Below, piece after piece: positions 11,312-21,198 of a stretch of DNA of 64,000 nt (position 1 is its first letter; the number at the start of each line of letters is the position of its first letter). The position numbers were made by a program, and so were the translations under genes. Source of the stretch: Candidatus Poribacteria bacterium. GTDB taxonomy: Bacteria; Poribacteria; WGA-4E; PCPOR2b. The notes beneath the pieces were generated by a model. That model searched no databases. It worked only from the letters and a program-made list of their open reading frames with translations, and was not told the DNA's origin. The stretch lies in assembly GCA_965116925.1 (NCBI GenBank), contig OZ220744.1:3424001-3488000 (forward strand), given 5' to 3'.

Positions 11312-11983
11312 ATGAAGGACCGAAGCTTATCTGCACTGTGGCAGGGAGGGCCATTCCAGATGAGCATAGAATACCCTCGACATATCTCACAATGTACAGT
11401 AAATGAGGCAGCTGGGATTCTTGAGGCAATTAAGATTCTTGAGGATTTTTGCAGTAATTGCCAAGAGCAAAGCATCATTTTCGATATCGCACGTCTCGGA
11501 AAAGATCAATGGTTAGATAAGCACAAGCATATACTTGAAAAAGGTAAAGATAACACAATATTTTTTGGAACAAATTTCCCAGATGCCTATCAATCACCTG
11601 GAAAATCGACAACTGGTAAAATACCCATGAAGCACCTTCTCGAAAACTTGAAGCCAAGAGGAGAATTTGAAAACCAACTGGCCAAAATGCTTATTGTATT
11701 CATATATCATCTGTGGGAGGATAATTGCCGAAATAAAATTGCTGACTCCTTATCAATATCAAAGGATCGAGTTGAATGTGATCTGATGGGAGACATTCGC
11801 AAAATAAGACACAGTATCATTCATAAGAATTCTGTTGTTTCTCAGAAGTTACCAAATAATCTCAAAATATTACCACAAATATGGAATATTCAACCGGGGC
11901 TATTGATAATTTCAGAGAATATGGTTCAGTCGCTGATGGAACAGATCAACGCCCTGCGTGTGAAAATAAAATCGGATTCATAA
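11312..11983 (+). CDS. Hypothetical protein, AT-rich; possible HEPN-like RxxxxH motif (RHSIIH)
   Basis: 223-aa ORF with AAGGA RBS; IRKIRHSIIHK segment. Confidence 0.6.
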   Translation: MKDRSLSALWQGGPFQMSIEYPRHISQCTVNEAAGILEAIKILEDFCSNCQEQSIIFDIARLGKDQWLDKHKHILEKGKDNTIFFGTNFPDAYQSPGKSTTGKIPMKHLLENLKPRGEFENQLAKMLIVFIYHLWEDNCRNKIADSLSISKDRVECDLMGDIRKIRHSIIHKNSVVSQKLPNNLKILPQIWNIQPGLLIISENMVQSLMEQINALRVKIKSDS

Positions 11984-12017
11984 GATTCAGAACTTCTTTG
12001 AATATCATTTTCGTTCT

Positions 12018-12155
12018 CAAGTCTTCGCCGCCGGAGACACCAACCCAAACGCCGATGTATCCGAACTTGAAAAGCGGATTGATCAGATAGTATACTTGTT
12101 ATACGGTCTCACCCCTGATGAAATTGCTATTGTGGAGGAAGCGGAAAATGTCTGA
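12018..12155 (+). pseudogene. Orphan second copy of the last ~45 codons of the methyltransferase gene
   Basis: Reads QVFAAGDTNPNADVSELEKRIDQIVYLLYGLTPDEIAIVEEAENV* versus QILDAKHTDPDADVSELENEIDQIVYLLYGLTREEIAIVEGAENV* ending at 11069. Confidence 0.85.
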
Positions 12156-12362
12156 ATCGCGGATTAAGAGGATTACGCAGATTGCGCGGATTTTTTAATC
12201 CGTGTAATCCCTGAATCTGCGATAATCTGCGATTCTGACAGTAAAGAAATCGCTATAGTGAAGAAGCCGCCTCATCACCCCAAAATCCTGAGAATCCTTG
12301 AATTCCGTAAATCCCGATTCAGACAATGAGAAGATGATCATCGTAACGGAAAAATCATAAGT

Positions 12363-13064
12363 ATGAAAAATCAACCCAATCCCAAAGACGACCTAAACGC
12401 GATTTTGGAAATCCTTCGTGAGATAGCAGAAAAATCAGAGGGTGGTAACTACATCTATCGTGGCGAACCTGACATTTATGACAGAGTGTCGTCAAGCCTT
12501 TGGCGTGTGTGTAAAAGAAAAATGAAGACAGAGAACTTTGATATACAGGCTATTGAAGATTCAATACTGGAGTCGGTAAAAAACTATACTTCCGAACAAG
12601 AGGAGATTGAAATTTGGGCTGAACTCCAACACTATGGGGGGCACACCAATCTTATAGACTTTACAACCGATAACCACATAGCCCTCTTCTTTGCCTGCGA
12701 TCGCTTCTTTGACAAACCTGGCAGAGTCATTTTTTTGGGAGAGGAAGCGCAGAACGAGAATCAAGTTAAGGAAAAACCTCAGAACCCACGAAACCGCATC
12801 ATAGCTCAGAAGAGTATATTCATTCGACCACCTACAGGAGTTGTTGAGCCAGACGATGTAATCACTATCCCGGCACATCTCAAACAACCCATATTAGGCT
12901 ACTTGAACAAACATCACGGTATATCTACGGAAACCATCTACAACGACCTCCATGGGTTTATTAGAAATCAGGACATGCACCAGACTGTCTCTATAGCGTT
13001 TTATGTTGGGTCAATCCAGCAATACACAGGAGAAGCGGAGAATGCAGACACAAGCGAAACTTGA
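12363..13064 (+). CDS. FRG domain protein
   Basis: YIYRGE, LQHYGGHTNLIDFT, ALFFAC, RIIAQKSIF. Confidence 0.85.
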   Translation: MKNQPNPKDDLNAILEILREIAEKSEGGNYIYRGEPDIYDRVSSSLWRVCKRKMKTENFDIQAIEDSILESVKNYTSEQEEIEIWAELQHYGGHTNLIDFTTDNHIALFFACDRFFDKPGRVIFLGEEAQNENQVKEKPQNPRNRIIAQKSIFIRPPTGVVEPDDVITIPAHLKQPILGYLNKHHGISTETIYNDLHGFIRNQDMHQTVSIAFYVGSIQQYTGEAENADTSET

Positions 13065-13941
13065 GCATTACGATAAGGCAATTGAGCACTATAGCACAGC
13101 AATAGCATTGCAACCCAATTTTGTCATCGCCTACAACAATCGCGGCATTGCTTACGCCGATAAAGGTGAGTATGACCTTGCCATTGAAGACTTTAACACG
13201 GCAATCAAGCTGAAACCGGACTATGCGATTGGCTACAACAATCGCGGGACTGTTTACCGCATCATAGGTGAGTATGACCTTGCCATTGAAGACTGTAATA
13301 AGGCGATAGCACTCGATCCCGGTTATGCTGAACCTTATAGCAATCGTGGTGCGGCTTATCGGGAAAAAGACGAGGAGGACCGCGCGATTGCCGACTATGA
13401 CAAAGCGATAGAACTAAAACCCGATTTTGTCGAGGCATACTATAATCGCGCGATTGCTTACACCAAAAAAGGCAATTTTGATCGTGCCATCGTAGGTAAT
13501 GCCAAGACGATAGAATTGGAACGTGACCTCGTTGGGGCTTATAGCGAGCGTGGTGAAGCTTATCTCGAAAAAGGCAATTTTGACCATGCTATTGAAGATT
13601 ATACCAAAGCGATAGAACTGAAACCTGACCTTGCCGAGGCTTATAACAATCGCGGTCATGCTTATAGTAAAAAAGGCAATTTTGACCGTGCGATTAAGGA
13701 TTATACCAAAGCGATAGAACTGGAATGTGACCTTGTTGAAGCGTATAGTAATCGTGGTGAAGCGTGGCTACACCTCGGAGAATGGGAAAAAGCCAAGTCA
13801 GACTTGACGACTGCCAACGATATGGGACAGGATATCATTGGCTCATTTCAAAATGACTACGAAAACGTTGCACACTTCGAGGGTAGAAATGGGGTGAAGC
13901 TCCCGGCAGACCTCGCCGCAATGCTGACACCCCCGCGATAA
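13003..13941 (+). CDS. TPR repeat protein (start uncertain; may be a frameshifted continuation of the upstream FRG gene)
   Basis: Repeated AYNNRG...YDxAIEDxxKAIxLxP units. Confidence 0.85.
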   Translation: MLGQSSNTQEKRRMQTQAKLEHYDKAIEHYSTAIALQPNFVIAYNNRGIAYADKGEYDLAIEDFNTAIKLKPDYAIGYNNRGTVYRIIGEYDLAIEDCNKAIALDPGYAEPYSNRGAAYREKDEEDRAIADYDKAIELKPDFVEAYYNRAIAYTKKGNFDRAIVGNAKTIELERDLVGAYSERGEAYLEKGNFDHAIEDYTKAIELKPDLAEAYNNRGHAYSKKGNFDRAIKDYTKAIELECDLVEAYSNRGEAWLHLGEWEKAKSDLTTANDMGQDIIGSFQNDYENVAHFEGRNGVKLPADLAAMLTPPR

Positions 13942-14026
13942 ACATCACCGCCGATGTTTTTTTTATCCGTGCAATCCGTTAATCCGCGACAATCCGCGAT
14001 TCAGACAGTGAAGAAATCACCATTGC

Positions 14027-14887
14027 GTGAGAACAAAAAGTATGGCAGAAAAAGCGTCGAGCCGTGTCAAAACGCTGAATAGTTTTATCAAATGGGCAGC
14101 ACAATTCAATGACGGGCAATATCTGTTTCGGGGTGTTTCAAACGAGTCCTACGGAATAGAAGCGTCTGCCTATCGCCGCTTACCAGAAGCACAAAGAAAT
14201 AATCCGGCTCGACTCCTCCGAATCAATCAGGACTTAATAGAAAAAGCGCGTCTCCTAGGGCACGATCAGAAAAACGGGCAGCGACTTTCGGATCTGGAAC
14301 TCCTTGCAGAACTACAGCACTTCGGCGCAGCTACCTGTCTGATAGACTTTACTCGCAACGCACTAGTCGCGCTCTGGATGGCCTGCCAACAAAGTACCAC
14401 CGGGGAAGCAAACGGCAAAGTTATCGCTGTGCGTAGCGATGAATCTGCTCGGCTAGAAACGATTACTCCCAAATTGGTAACGGACGAAGATATTGATTAC
14501 TTTTTTAGGAGAGATGAACGTAGGGGATATCCACTCTACCAATGGCAACCCAAGTACCAGAACAACCGCATTATCGCCCAGCAATCCATCTTCATTTTTG
14601 GCGGTGCCCAAATTGAGACAGAGGCCGAGTGTATCATCCTAAAAAGTAGTAAGGAAGATATTCTGACATCTCTGGATAAAATATCAGGAATCACTGAAGG
14701 AAGCATCTACCCTGACTTTGACGGTTTTGCACGCCAACATGCCCATAATAAACCTTACGTTGAAGCTGACCCGGAAGACCTTATGCAACGAGGTGTTGAG
14801 GCATACCTAGAAGGTAGACTAGATGATGCTATTGACCGCTACAATGAAGTTATCTCGTTACTCGACCCGGAAGGAGATTTAGAATGA
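14027..14887 (+). CDS. FRG domain protein
   Basis: YLFRGV, LQHFGAATCLIDFT, RIIAQQSIF; start may be ATG 14042. Confidence 0.85.
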   Translation: MRTKSMAEKASSRVKTLNSFIKWAAQFNDGQYLFRGVSNESYGIEASAYRRLPEAQRNNPARLLRINQDLIEKARLLGHDQKNGQRLSDLELLAELQHFGAATCLIDFTRNALVALWMACQQSTTGEANGKVIAVRSDESARLETITPKLVTDEDIDYFFRRDERRGYPLYQWQPKYQNNRIIAQQSIFIFGGAQIETEAECIILKSSKEDILTSLDKISGITEGSIYPDFDGFARQHAHNKPYVEADPEDLMQRGVEAYLEGRLDDAIDRYNEVISLLDPEGDLE

Positions 14888-16125
14888 ATTCACAAAGTAT
14901 TGCTTCTTACCTTGAGGTCCCCTCGTTACCACCGGATAAACTTACCCTCGCTAGGGCATACTACAGTCGCGGCCTTGCCTACGACGCTAAAGGGGATTAT
15001 GACCGTGCCATCGCAGACTTTACCAAAGCGGTAAAACTTAAACCCAATGATGCCAATACCTATTACAATCGCGGTATTGCTTACTACGCTAAAGGCGATT
15101 TTATCAATGCTATTGAGGATTTGAACAAAGCGATACAACTCAAACCCAATGATGCCCAATCCTATAACAATCGCGGTATGGCTTATGAAAAAAAAGGCGA
15201 TTTTGACCGTGCTATCGCAGATTTTACCAAAGTGATAAACCTGAATCCCAATGATGCCTACGCCTATAGCAATCGCGGAAATGTTTACTACGAAAAAGGT
15301 GAATATGACCGTGCAATTGAAGACTTTAACACAGCGATACAACTCAAACCCAATATCGCCGAAGTCTACAGTAATCGCGGTAATGCTTACAACAGTAAAG
15401 AGGAATATGACCGCGCCATTGAAAACTTTAACACAGCGATACAATTCAAACCCAGTCTCGTCGAAGCCTACAGTAATCGCGGTAATGCTTACAACGGCAA
15501 AGGTGAATATGACCGCGCTATTGAAGATTACACCCAAGCGATACAGCTTAAACCCGATTATGCCCGTGCCTACAACAATCGCGGGGAGGCTTACAACGGC
15601 AAAGGTGAATATGACCGTGCAATTGAAGATTACACCCAAGCGATACAACTCAAACCCGATTTTGCCGAAGCCTATTACAGTCGCGGAGTGGCTTATTGTT
15701 ATAAAGGCGAATATGACCGCGCCATCGAAAACTTTAACATAGCGATACAACTCAAACCCGATTTTGCCGAAGCCTATTACAGTCGCGGGGAGGCTTACTA
15801 TCGCAAAGACGATTATGACCGTGCAATTGAAGGTTACACCAAAACGATACAACTCAAACCCGATTATGACCTTGCCTATTTCAGTCGTGGGGCGACTTAC
15901 TACAGCACAGGCAATTTTGACCGTGCCATTGAAGATTATAACGTAGTTATAAACCTGACCCCTGATTACGCCAGTGCCTATTTCAATCGCGGGTTGGCTT
16001 ACTACAGCAAAGGCGATTATGATCGTGCAATTGAAGATTATAAGACGGCAATACAGCTAAATCCCCATGATACCCAAGCCTATACCAATCTTAGGATTGC
16101 TTACGAAAAAAAAGAGAAGTCATAA
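14884..16125 (+). CDS. TPR repeat protein (about 11 repeats)
   Basis: Tandem 34-aa TPR units; ATGA overlap with the FRG stop and an AAGGAG RBS. Confidence 0.9.
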   Translation: MNSQSIASYLEVPSLPPDKLTLARAYYSRGLAYDAKGDYDRAIADFTKAVKLKPNDANTYYNRGIAYYAKGDFINAIEDLNKAIQLKPNDAQSYNNRGMAYEKKGDFDRAIADFTKVINLNPNDAYAYSNRGNVYYEKGEYDRAIEDFNTAIQLKPNIAEVYSNRGNAYNSKEEYDRAIENFNTAIQFKPSLVEAYSNRGNAYNGKGEYDRAIEDYTQAIQLKPDYARAYNNRGEAYNGKGEYDRAIEDYTQAIQLKPDFAEAYYSRGVAYCYKGEYDRAIENFNIAIQLKPDFAEAYYSRGEAYYRKDDYDRAIEGYTKTIQLKPDYDLAYFSRGATYYSTGNFDRAIEDYNVVINLTPDYASAYFNRGLAYYSKGDYDRAIEDYKTAIQLNPHDTQAYTNLRIAYEKKEKS

Positions 16126-16486
16126 CCGTGCCGTAAGCCATTATTACTAGGCTAACTCCCCAGCAATAAGCATCACCGCCGATGTTTTTTGAATCCGTGT
16201 AATCCGTTAATCCGCGCTAATCCGCGATTCAGACAATGAAGAAGATAATCACGGATTCTCAATATATCAGGCATGATCCCAATGCGACACATGTCGCCCC
16301 GCTGGGGCTTTAGGTCACAATTTGAGTTGAACAGAATCAATGGGAAATATCAAGCGTCAGAGTTGCGATTCGGAGGGTACGCCCCCTGCTTGGTTTATCA
16401 ACTAACAACTTGGGTTAATATACCAATAATCCGCGATAATCTGCGATTCAGACAACAGAGGGCAAACAGAATGAAAGAGGAACCCC

Positions 16487-16696
16487 ATGCGAAAAGCAGA
16501 CCTACAACAGCAAGCCGTTGAGTTAATCAAACAACTCTCGACGGAAAACTTGCAAGCGGGGGTTGACTATCTGACCGCTCTGCGAGACAAGGAGGAGCAG
16601 GAAGCCACCCACGAATCGGCGACCGATTTTGAAAGCGTCTTAGACGAGATAGTAAGAAAATATGATCGAGCATGGAAAACACTGGCGAAACCTTGA
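16487..16696 (+). CDS. Putative antitoxin
   Basis: Small gene overlapping a Doc toxin; N-terminus nearly identical to the 20645 antitoxin. Confidence 0.7.
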   Translation: MRKADLQQQAVELIKQLSTENLQAGVDYLTALRDKEEQEATHESATDFESVLDEIVRKYDRAWKTLAKP

Positions 16697-17064
16697 GATA
16701 TTTGACAATTTCGGAAATTCTGAGAGTTGCTGAGAAGCATGTAGGTAGCTATCAGTTGTTAAATGAAAATCAGTTACACTATGTGGTTGAAATAGTTTGT
16801 GCGAAATTGGGTGATACAGAACTGTTTCCGACCTTGCCCCAAAAGGCTGCTGTGTATGCCCATCACATTATTACTGGACACCTGTTTTCTGATGGGAATA
16901 AACGTGTCGGTCTGACCTGCGCGCTCACATTTCTGGTTTTGAATGGTTGTTCCCTTCAGCGCGACATTGAAGATTCGATTATTGAGCTTGGCTTTAAGGT
17001 TGCAGATGGGACCATCACCGATGTGGAGATAATCGCTGACCATATACAGCAATGGATTCAGTAA
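16693..17064 (+). CDS. Doc/Fic family toxin
   Basis: HLFSDGNKRVG Fic motif; TTG start overlapping the upstream TGA. Confidence 0.85.
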   Translation: MRYLTISEILRVAEKHVGSYQLLNENQLHYVVEIVCAKLGDTELFPTLPQKAAVYAHHIITGHLFSDGNKRVGLTCALTFLVLNGCSLQRDIEDSIIELGFKVADGTITDVEIIADHIQQWIQ

Positions 17065-17177
17065 CAGATTGATGAGGCGGAAAACGTCTGAATCGCGGAT
17101 TAAGAGGATTACACAGATAGCGCGGATTTTTGTATCTGCGGCAACCCGCTATTCTATACCAACACAGGATACAAACA

Positions 17178-17576
17178 ATGAACGACAATCTAAAATACGG
17201 TGATATCACTGACAAGATTATCGGGGCAGCTTTTGAGGTCCATACATTTTTAGGTAACGGCTTCCAAGAAGTGATTTATCAACGAGCGTTAGCACTTGAA
17301 CTATCACGAGTGGGGTTGACATTTGGGCGTGAAGTTGAGCAAGACATTTTCTACAAAGAAGCACCAGAACCTATCGGTACACGCCGAGCGGATTTCGTAG
17401 TCGAAGGCAAGGTGTTAGTCGAGTTGAAGGCTATCTCTACATTGGAAGAGGTACACATAGCCCAGTTATTAAATTATCTGAGAGCCTATCGGTTGGAGGT
17501 CGGTTTGTTAATCAATTTCGGATCAAAAAGCATGACATTCAAAAGATTGGCTCTCTCGCAACCGAATCGCCGCTGA
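17178..17576 (+). CDS. GxxExxY family protein (PD-(D/E)XK-like)
   Basis: LGNGFQEVIYQRAL, RADFVVEGKVLVELKA, GLLINFG. Confidence 0.9.
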   Translation: MNDNLKYGDITDKIIGAAFEVHTFLGNGFQEVIYQRALALELSRVGLTFGREVEQDIFYKEAPEPIGTRRADFVVEGKVLVELKAISTLEEVHIAQLLNYLRAYRLEVGLLINFGSKSMTFKRLALSQPNRR

Positions 17577-17924
17577 TGTAGATAACGCCTTTAATCCGTG
17601 TAATCCGTTAATCCGCGTCAATCCGCGATTCAGACAGAGGGGGATTGTGGTGACGTATCGGGGCAAGTTGCTTTGAATTCCGATCTTATCGGGGATGCCC
17701 CTCCCACGTCCAGCGGTGCTTGTAGGTCGAGATTCACATCTCGACACCAAAGCGTCGATTTTGGAAAATCGACCTACAAAAATCTTTATCTGTTTCCCGT
17801 TTTCCGGTTATCTCGTTTTCCCGTTTTCTCTTTTTTCTCCGCGTAATCCTTAAATCCGCGTCAATCCGCGATTCAGACAAACAAATTCTAAACTTTACCG
17901 ATAAAAAAGGGGGCTATCTGTTTT

Positions 17925-18704
17925 ATGATGTGTATAACGGGTTGTGGAGGGGCAAAAAATTTGCCTCCCTATACTCACAACGTGAAGTGGGGTTATGCAG
18001 CAGAGAATGGACCGGCTGTTTGGGGGCGGCTGAGTCAGGAATACATCCTTTGCGGCGTGGGGACACACCAATCACCGATCGACATTGTGAACCCCATACC
18101 AACCGAACTGCCGTCTATCTCTTATGAGTACCACCCTGCAACGGGTGTGAACATCCACCATAACGGACATACGATTGAAGTGGCGTATCCTGAAGGCAGC
18201 GGCATCCAGATCGATGGCACCGACTATCAACTGCTCCAGTTCCATTTCCATGCACCTGGCGAACATACGGTAGACGGTAAACCGTTTGACATGGAAATGC
18301 ACCTTGTTCACGAAAGTGAAGATGGCAATTTAGCAGTCGTTGGTCTGTTAATCGAGAGTGGTCATCACCATCCCGCATTTGATCCAATCTGGGCATCTTT
18401 ACCGTCCACGCCGCTCGAAACACAGCGTATTGAGAATGTCACTGTTGATTTGCCTATGATGTTGTCGCCAAATAGACAGGTACTCGACGAATCAGTACAG
18501 GCTTTTCCCAGCACCTACCGCTACAACGGTTCACTGACGACCCCGCCGTGTTCAGAGGGAGTCAAATGGATTGTACTAACAACGCCCGTTGAGATGTCTG
18601 AATCGCAAATTGCGGCATTTAAGGCGATTATCTATGGCAACAACCGGCCGGTACAGCCACTGAATGGACGTGAACTGCTCCTTGATGCCACAGGAGTGCC
18701 GTAA
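17925..18704 (+). CDS. Alpha-class carbonic anhydrase (start uncertain)
   Basis: QSPIDI, QFHFH..GEH, EMHLVH, GSLTTPPCSEGVKW, NNRPVQPLNGR. Confidence 0.92.
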   Translation: MMCITGCGGAKNLPPYTHNVKWGYAAENGPAVWGRLSQEYILCGVGTHQSPIDIVNPIPTELPSISYEYHPATGVNIHHNGHTIEVAYPEGSGIQIDGTDYQLLQFHFHAPGEHTVDGKPFDMEMHLVHESEDGNLAVVGLLIESGHHHPAFDPIWASLPSTPLETQRIENVTVDLPMMLSPNRQVLDESVQAFPSTYRYNGSLTTPPCSEGVKWIVLTTPVEMSESQIAAFKAIIYGNNRPVQPLNGRELLLDATGVP

Positions 18705-18820
18705 ATTATTTCGCCCCATGTAAAAAGAAAACGCAATAAGAACCTACGCACATGGTCAGAAAATAGGGTATAATAACCCAAGTTGCTAGTACATTGTCAG
18801 ATGAATGTAGCGCAAACTGT

Positions 18821-18937
18821 ATGAAGATTAAAAAAACAGTTCGGTAATTTGTTATGGACACCGGCGCGGTTGCAAACCGCGCCTACCGTGTGTTTCGAGG
18901 AAAATCGGGATTACCGAATTAATAAATTAAACCTCAT
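18821..18937. mobile_element. ~117-bp MITE-like element (ATGAAG...CTCAT), copy 1
   Basis: Inverted termini, central GCGGTT..AAACCGC hairpin; interrupts another repeat and has T on both flanks. Confidence 0.7.
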
Positions 18938-19071
18938 TTAGTTTGCGGACTCGGATCACAATCTAACAGATTGTGGTACAGAAGATTCGTTTTATGAAAT
19001 AAGCTTTTGAACAGGAGACTTCCCGATGACAAACGGAGTTGGGTTTCACTCTATCTGTGTATCAACAACAG

Positions 19072-19186
19072 ATGAAGATTAATTTATTAATTAGGTAATT
19101 TCCGAGCGATGTCCGGTGCGGTTGGAAACCGCACCTACCGGGTCTGGGGAAATATAGAATTACCCGTTTAATTTCTTAAAACCCAT
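19072..19186. mobile_element. MITE-like element, copy 2
   Basis: Same termini and core; G on both flanks; nearly identical to 31295-31409. Confidence 0.7.
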
Positions 19187-19637
19187 GTGTTGTTGAACAA
19201 CTAAGCCTCTCTTGTCGTTGATAGGGATTGGTGTTTAACCGTTCAACCCAACCTACGGACTGACAGGGACCTGCCAAATCCCTGACATTTGGCGAGGTTA
19301 TGGTGCCATTTCAGTGAAAAACCGTTCATAAACAGTGCGTATTTGTCAGGTCAAAAAGCCGTTTGGGCGCACCTTCTGTTGCGCGGTAAAAATCTACAAA
19401 TGCTTTGAAGCTAGGCCCCATCAGGGTTCAGAGAAACATCGGCTAATGATGAACCCCCCGATGTGAGGTTGAATTTTTTTTTAGACCTGACAGGGCCCTG
19501 ACAAATCGCCGAATCGACCTACAAAAATCGTTGTCAGTTTCCCGTTTTCCGGTTATCTCGTTCTCTCGTTTTCCTCCGTGTAATCCCTTAATCCGTGACA
19601 ATCCGCGATTCTGACAATGCAGAAAGGAGATGGCTCG

Positions 19638-20459
19638 GTGAGTATGAAAAAAGACTTGGAATTTGATTATCAAGCGTATCTGAAGGAAAATCCGCCAGAT
19701 CTCAGCAAAATCCATCGGGGACCAGAGGCGCGTCAAAAGCGACGCGAAGCCGTTCTCCATAACAATCGTGGGGTGGCTTATGCGAACAAGGGCGATTATG
19801 ACCTTGCGGTTGAAGCGTTTACGAATGCGATAGCACTGAATCCGAACCTTGCGCTGGCGTATAGCAATCGTGGCGGTGCTTACCGCGACAAAGGGGACTA
19901 CGACCGCGCCATCGAAGATTGCAACAAAGCGATAGAGTTGAACCCTGACCTCGCTATGGCGTATAACAATCGTGGCGGTGCTCACGAGCGCAAAGGGGAT
20001 TATGACCGTGCCATCGCAGACTTGAGCAGAGCGATAGCGTTCAAACCCGATCTCGCAGAGGCTTACGGGAATCGTGGGAGTGCTTACGCGAAGGTGGGGA
20101 ATTATGACCTTGCCATCATAGACTATACCAGAGCGATAACGCTGAATTCCGATGCCGCCCAATCCTATAACAATCGCGGTGTGGCTCACTACAAAAAAGG
20201 GGATTATGACCGTGCCATCGCAGATTATACCAAAGCGATAGAACGCAAGCCCGATTTTGCCGAGGCACATTACAATCGCGCCGAAGCGTGGTTACATCTC
20301 GGAGAGTGGGAGAACGCCAAATCAAATTTAACCGTTGCCCTAGCGATGGGAGTAGACATCATCGGTGGGTTTCGTAACGAATACGCCAGCGTCCCGGACT
20401 TTGAGCGGAGAAATGGGGTGAAGCTCCCGGCAGACCTCGCCGCCATGTTGACACCCTAG
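19638..20459 (+). CDS. TPR repeat protein
   Basis: TPR units; C-terminal NGVKLPADLAAMLTP shared with 13003-13941; GTG start behind AAGGAG (alternatives 19617, 19644). Confidence 0.85.
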   Translation: MSMKKDLEFDYQAYLKENPPDLSKIHRGPEARQKRREAVLHNNRGVAYANKGDYDLAVEAFTNAIALNPNLALAYSNRGGAYRDKGDYDRAIEDCNKAIELNPDLAMAYNNRGGAHERKGDYDRAIADLSRAIAFKPDLAEAYGNRGSAYAKVGNYDLAIIDYTRAITLNSDAAQSYNNRGVAHYKKGDYDRAIADYTKAIERKPDFAEAHYNRAEAWLHLGEWENAKSNLTVALAMGVDIIGGFRNEYASVPDFERRNGVKLPADLAAMLTP

Positions 20460-20644
20460 GAATAAATATTACCTCAAATAAATGAACACTTTCGCTCCCC
20501 ATGTTTGGTAGGCACTGTTTGCAACTGCGCCGATTCTGGGTGTCTCATTAATTCTGAAATCTACTATAAATCCGTGTAATCCCTTAATCCGTGATAATCC
20601 GCAATTCAGACAATAGAGAACAAACAGAACGAAAGGAGAACACC

Positions 20645-20875
20645 ATGCGAAAAGCAGATTTACAACAGCAAGCGGTTGAGTTAATCAAACAACTCTCGAT
20701 GGAAAAACTGAAAGCAGGGGTTGACTATCTGAACTACCTGCAAGATAAGGAAGCGTGGGAAGCGACTCACGAATTGGCAAGTGACCTAGAGATCGTCAAG
20801 AGTTTAGAACGCGCAGAGGCGGATGTGAAAGCGGGAAGGCTAAAACGTTGGAGCGATGTTAGACAGGACGTTTGA
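20645..20875 (+). CDS. Putative antitoxin
   Basis: AAGGAG RBS; ends ...SLERAEADVKAGRLKRWSDV, directly upstream of a RelE/ParE toxin. Confidence 0.8.
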   Translation: MRKADLQQQAVELIKQLSMEKLKAGVDYLNYLQDKEAWEATHELASDLEIVKSLERAEADVKAGRLKRWSDVRQDV

Positions 20876-21131
20876 GGTACAATTCACTGATGAAGCGGCA
20901 ACGCATTACAACGCGCTTGATGCCAATATGAAGAGGCGAGTAAATGGGGCGATTGATCTGTTAGCTCAGAATCCGCTCTTTGGGCGGAACATCGTCAAGT
21001 TGAAGGGAGCGTACGCAGGACAATATAGATACCGCGTCGGAAGTTACCGTATTGTTTACAGTGTGGACACGCAACGTCAAATCTGTATCATCAAAGGTAT
21101 TTACCGACGCAGCAGAGCCTATCGCCCCTAA
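20856..21131 (+). CDS. RelE/ParE family toxin
   Basis: KLKG...YRYRVGSYRIVYSVD motif. Confidence 0.88.
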   Translation: MLDRTFEVQFTDEAATHYNALDANMKRRVNGAIDLLAQNPLFGRNIVKLKGAYAGQYRYRVGSYRIVYSVDTQRQICIIKGIYRRSRAYRP

Positions 21132-21198
21132 TTTAATGGAGAACATAGATTCAACGAATTTAATCTGTGTAATATCTTCAACAGAAAGGAAAATCCTT

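Noticed and set aside
14926..15852. 308-aa repetitive minus-strand ORF (also 19443-20270)
   Set aside because: Antisense shadows of TPR genes; the periodicity simply mirrors the TPR codons
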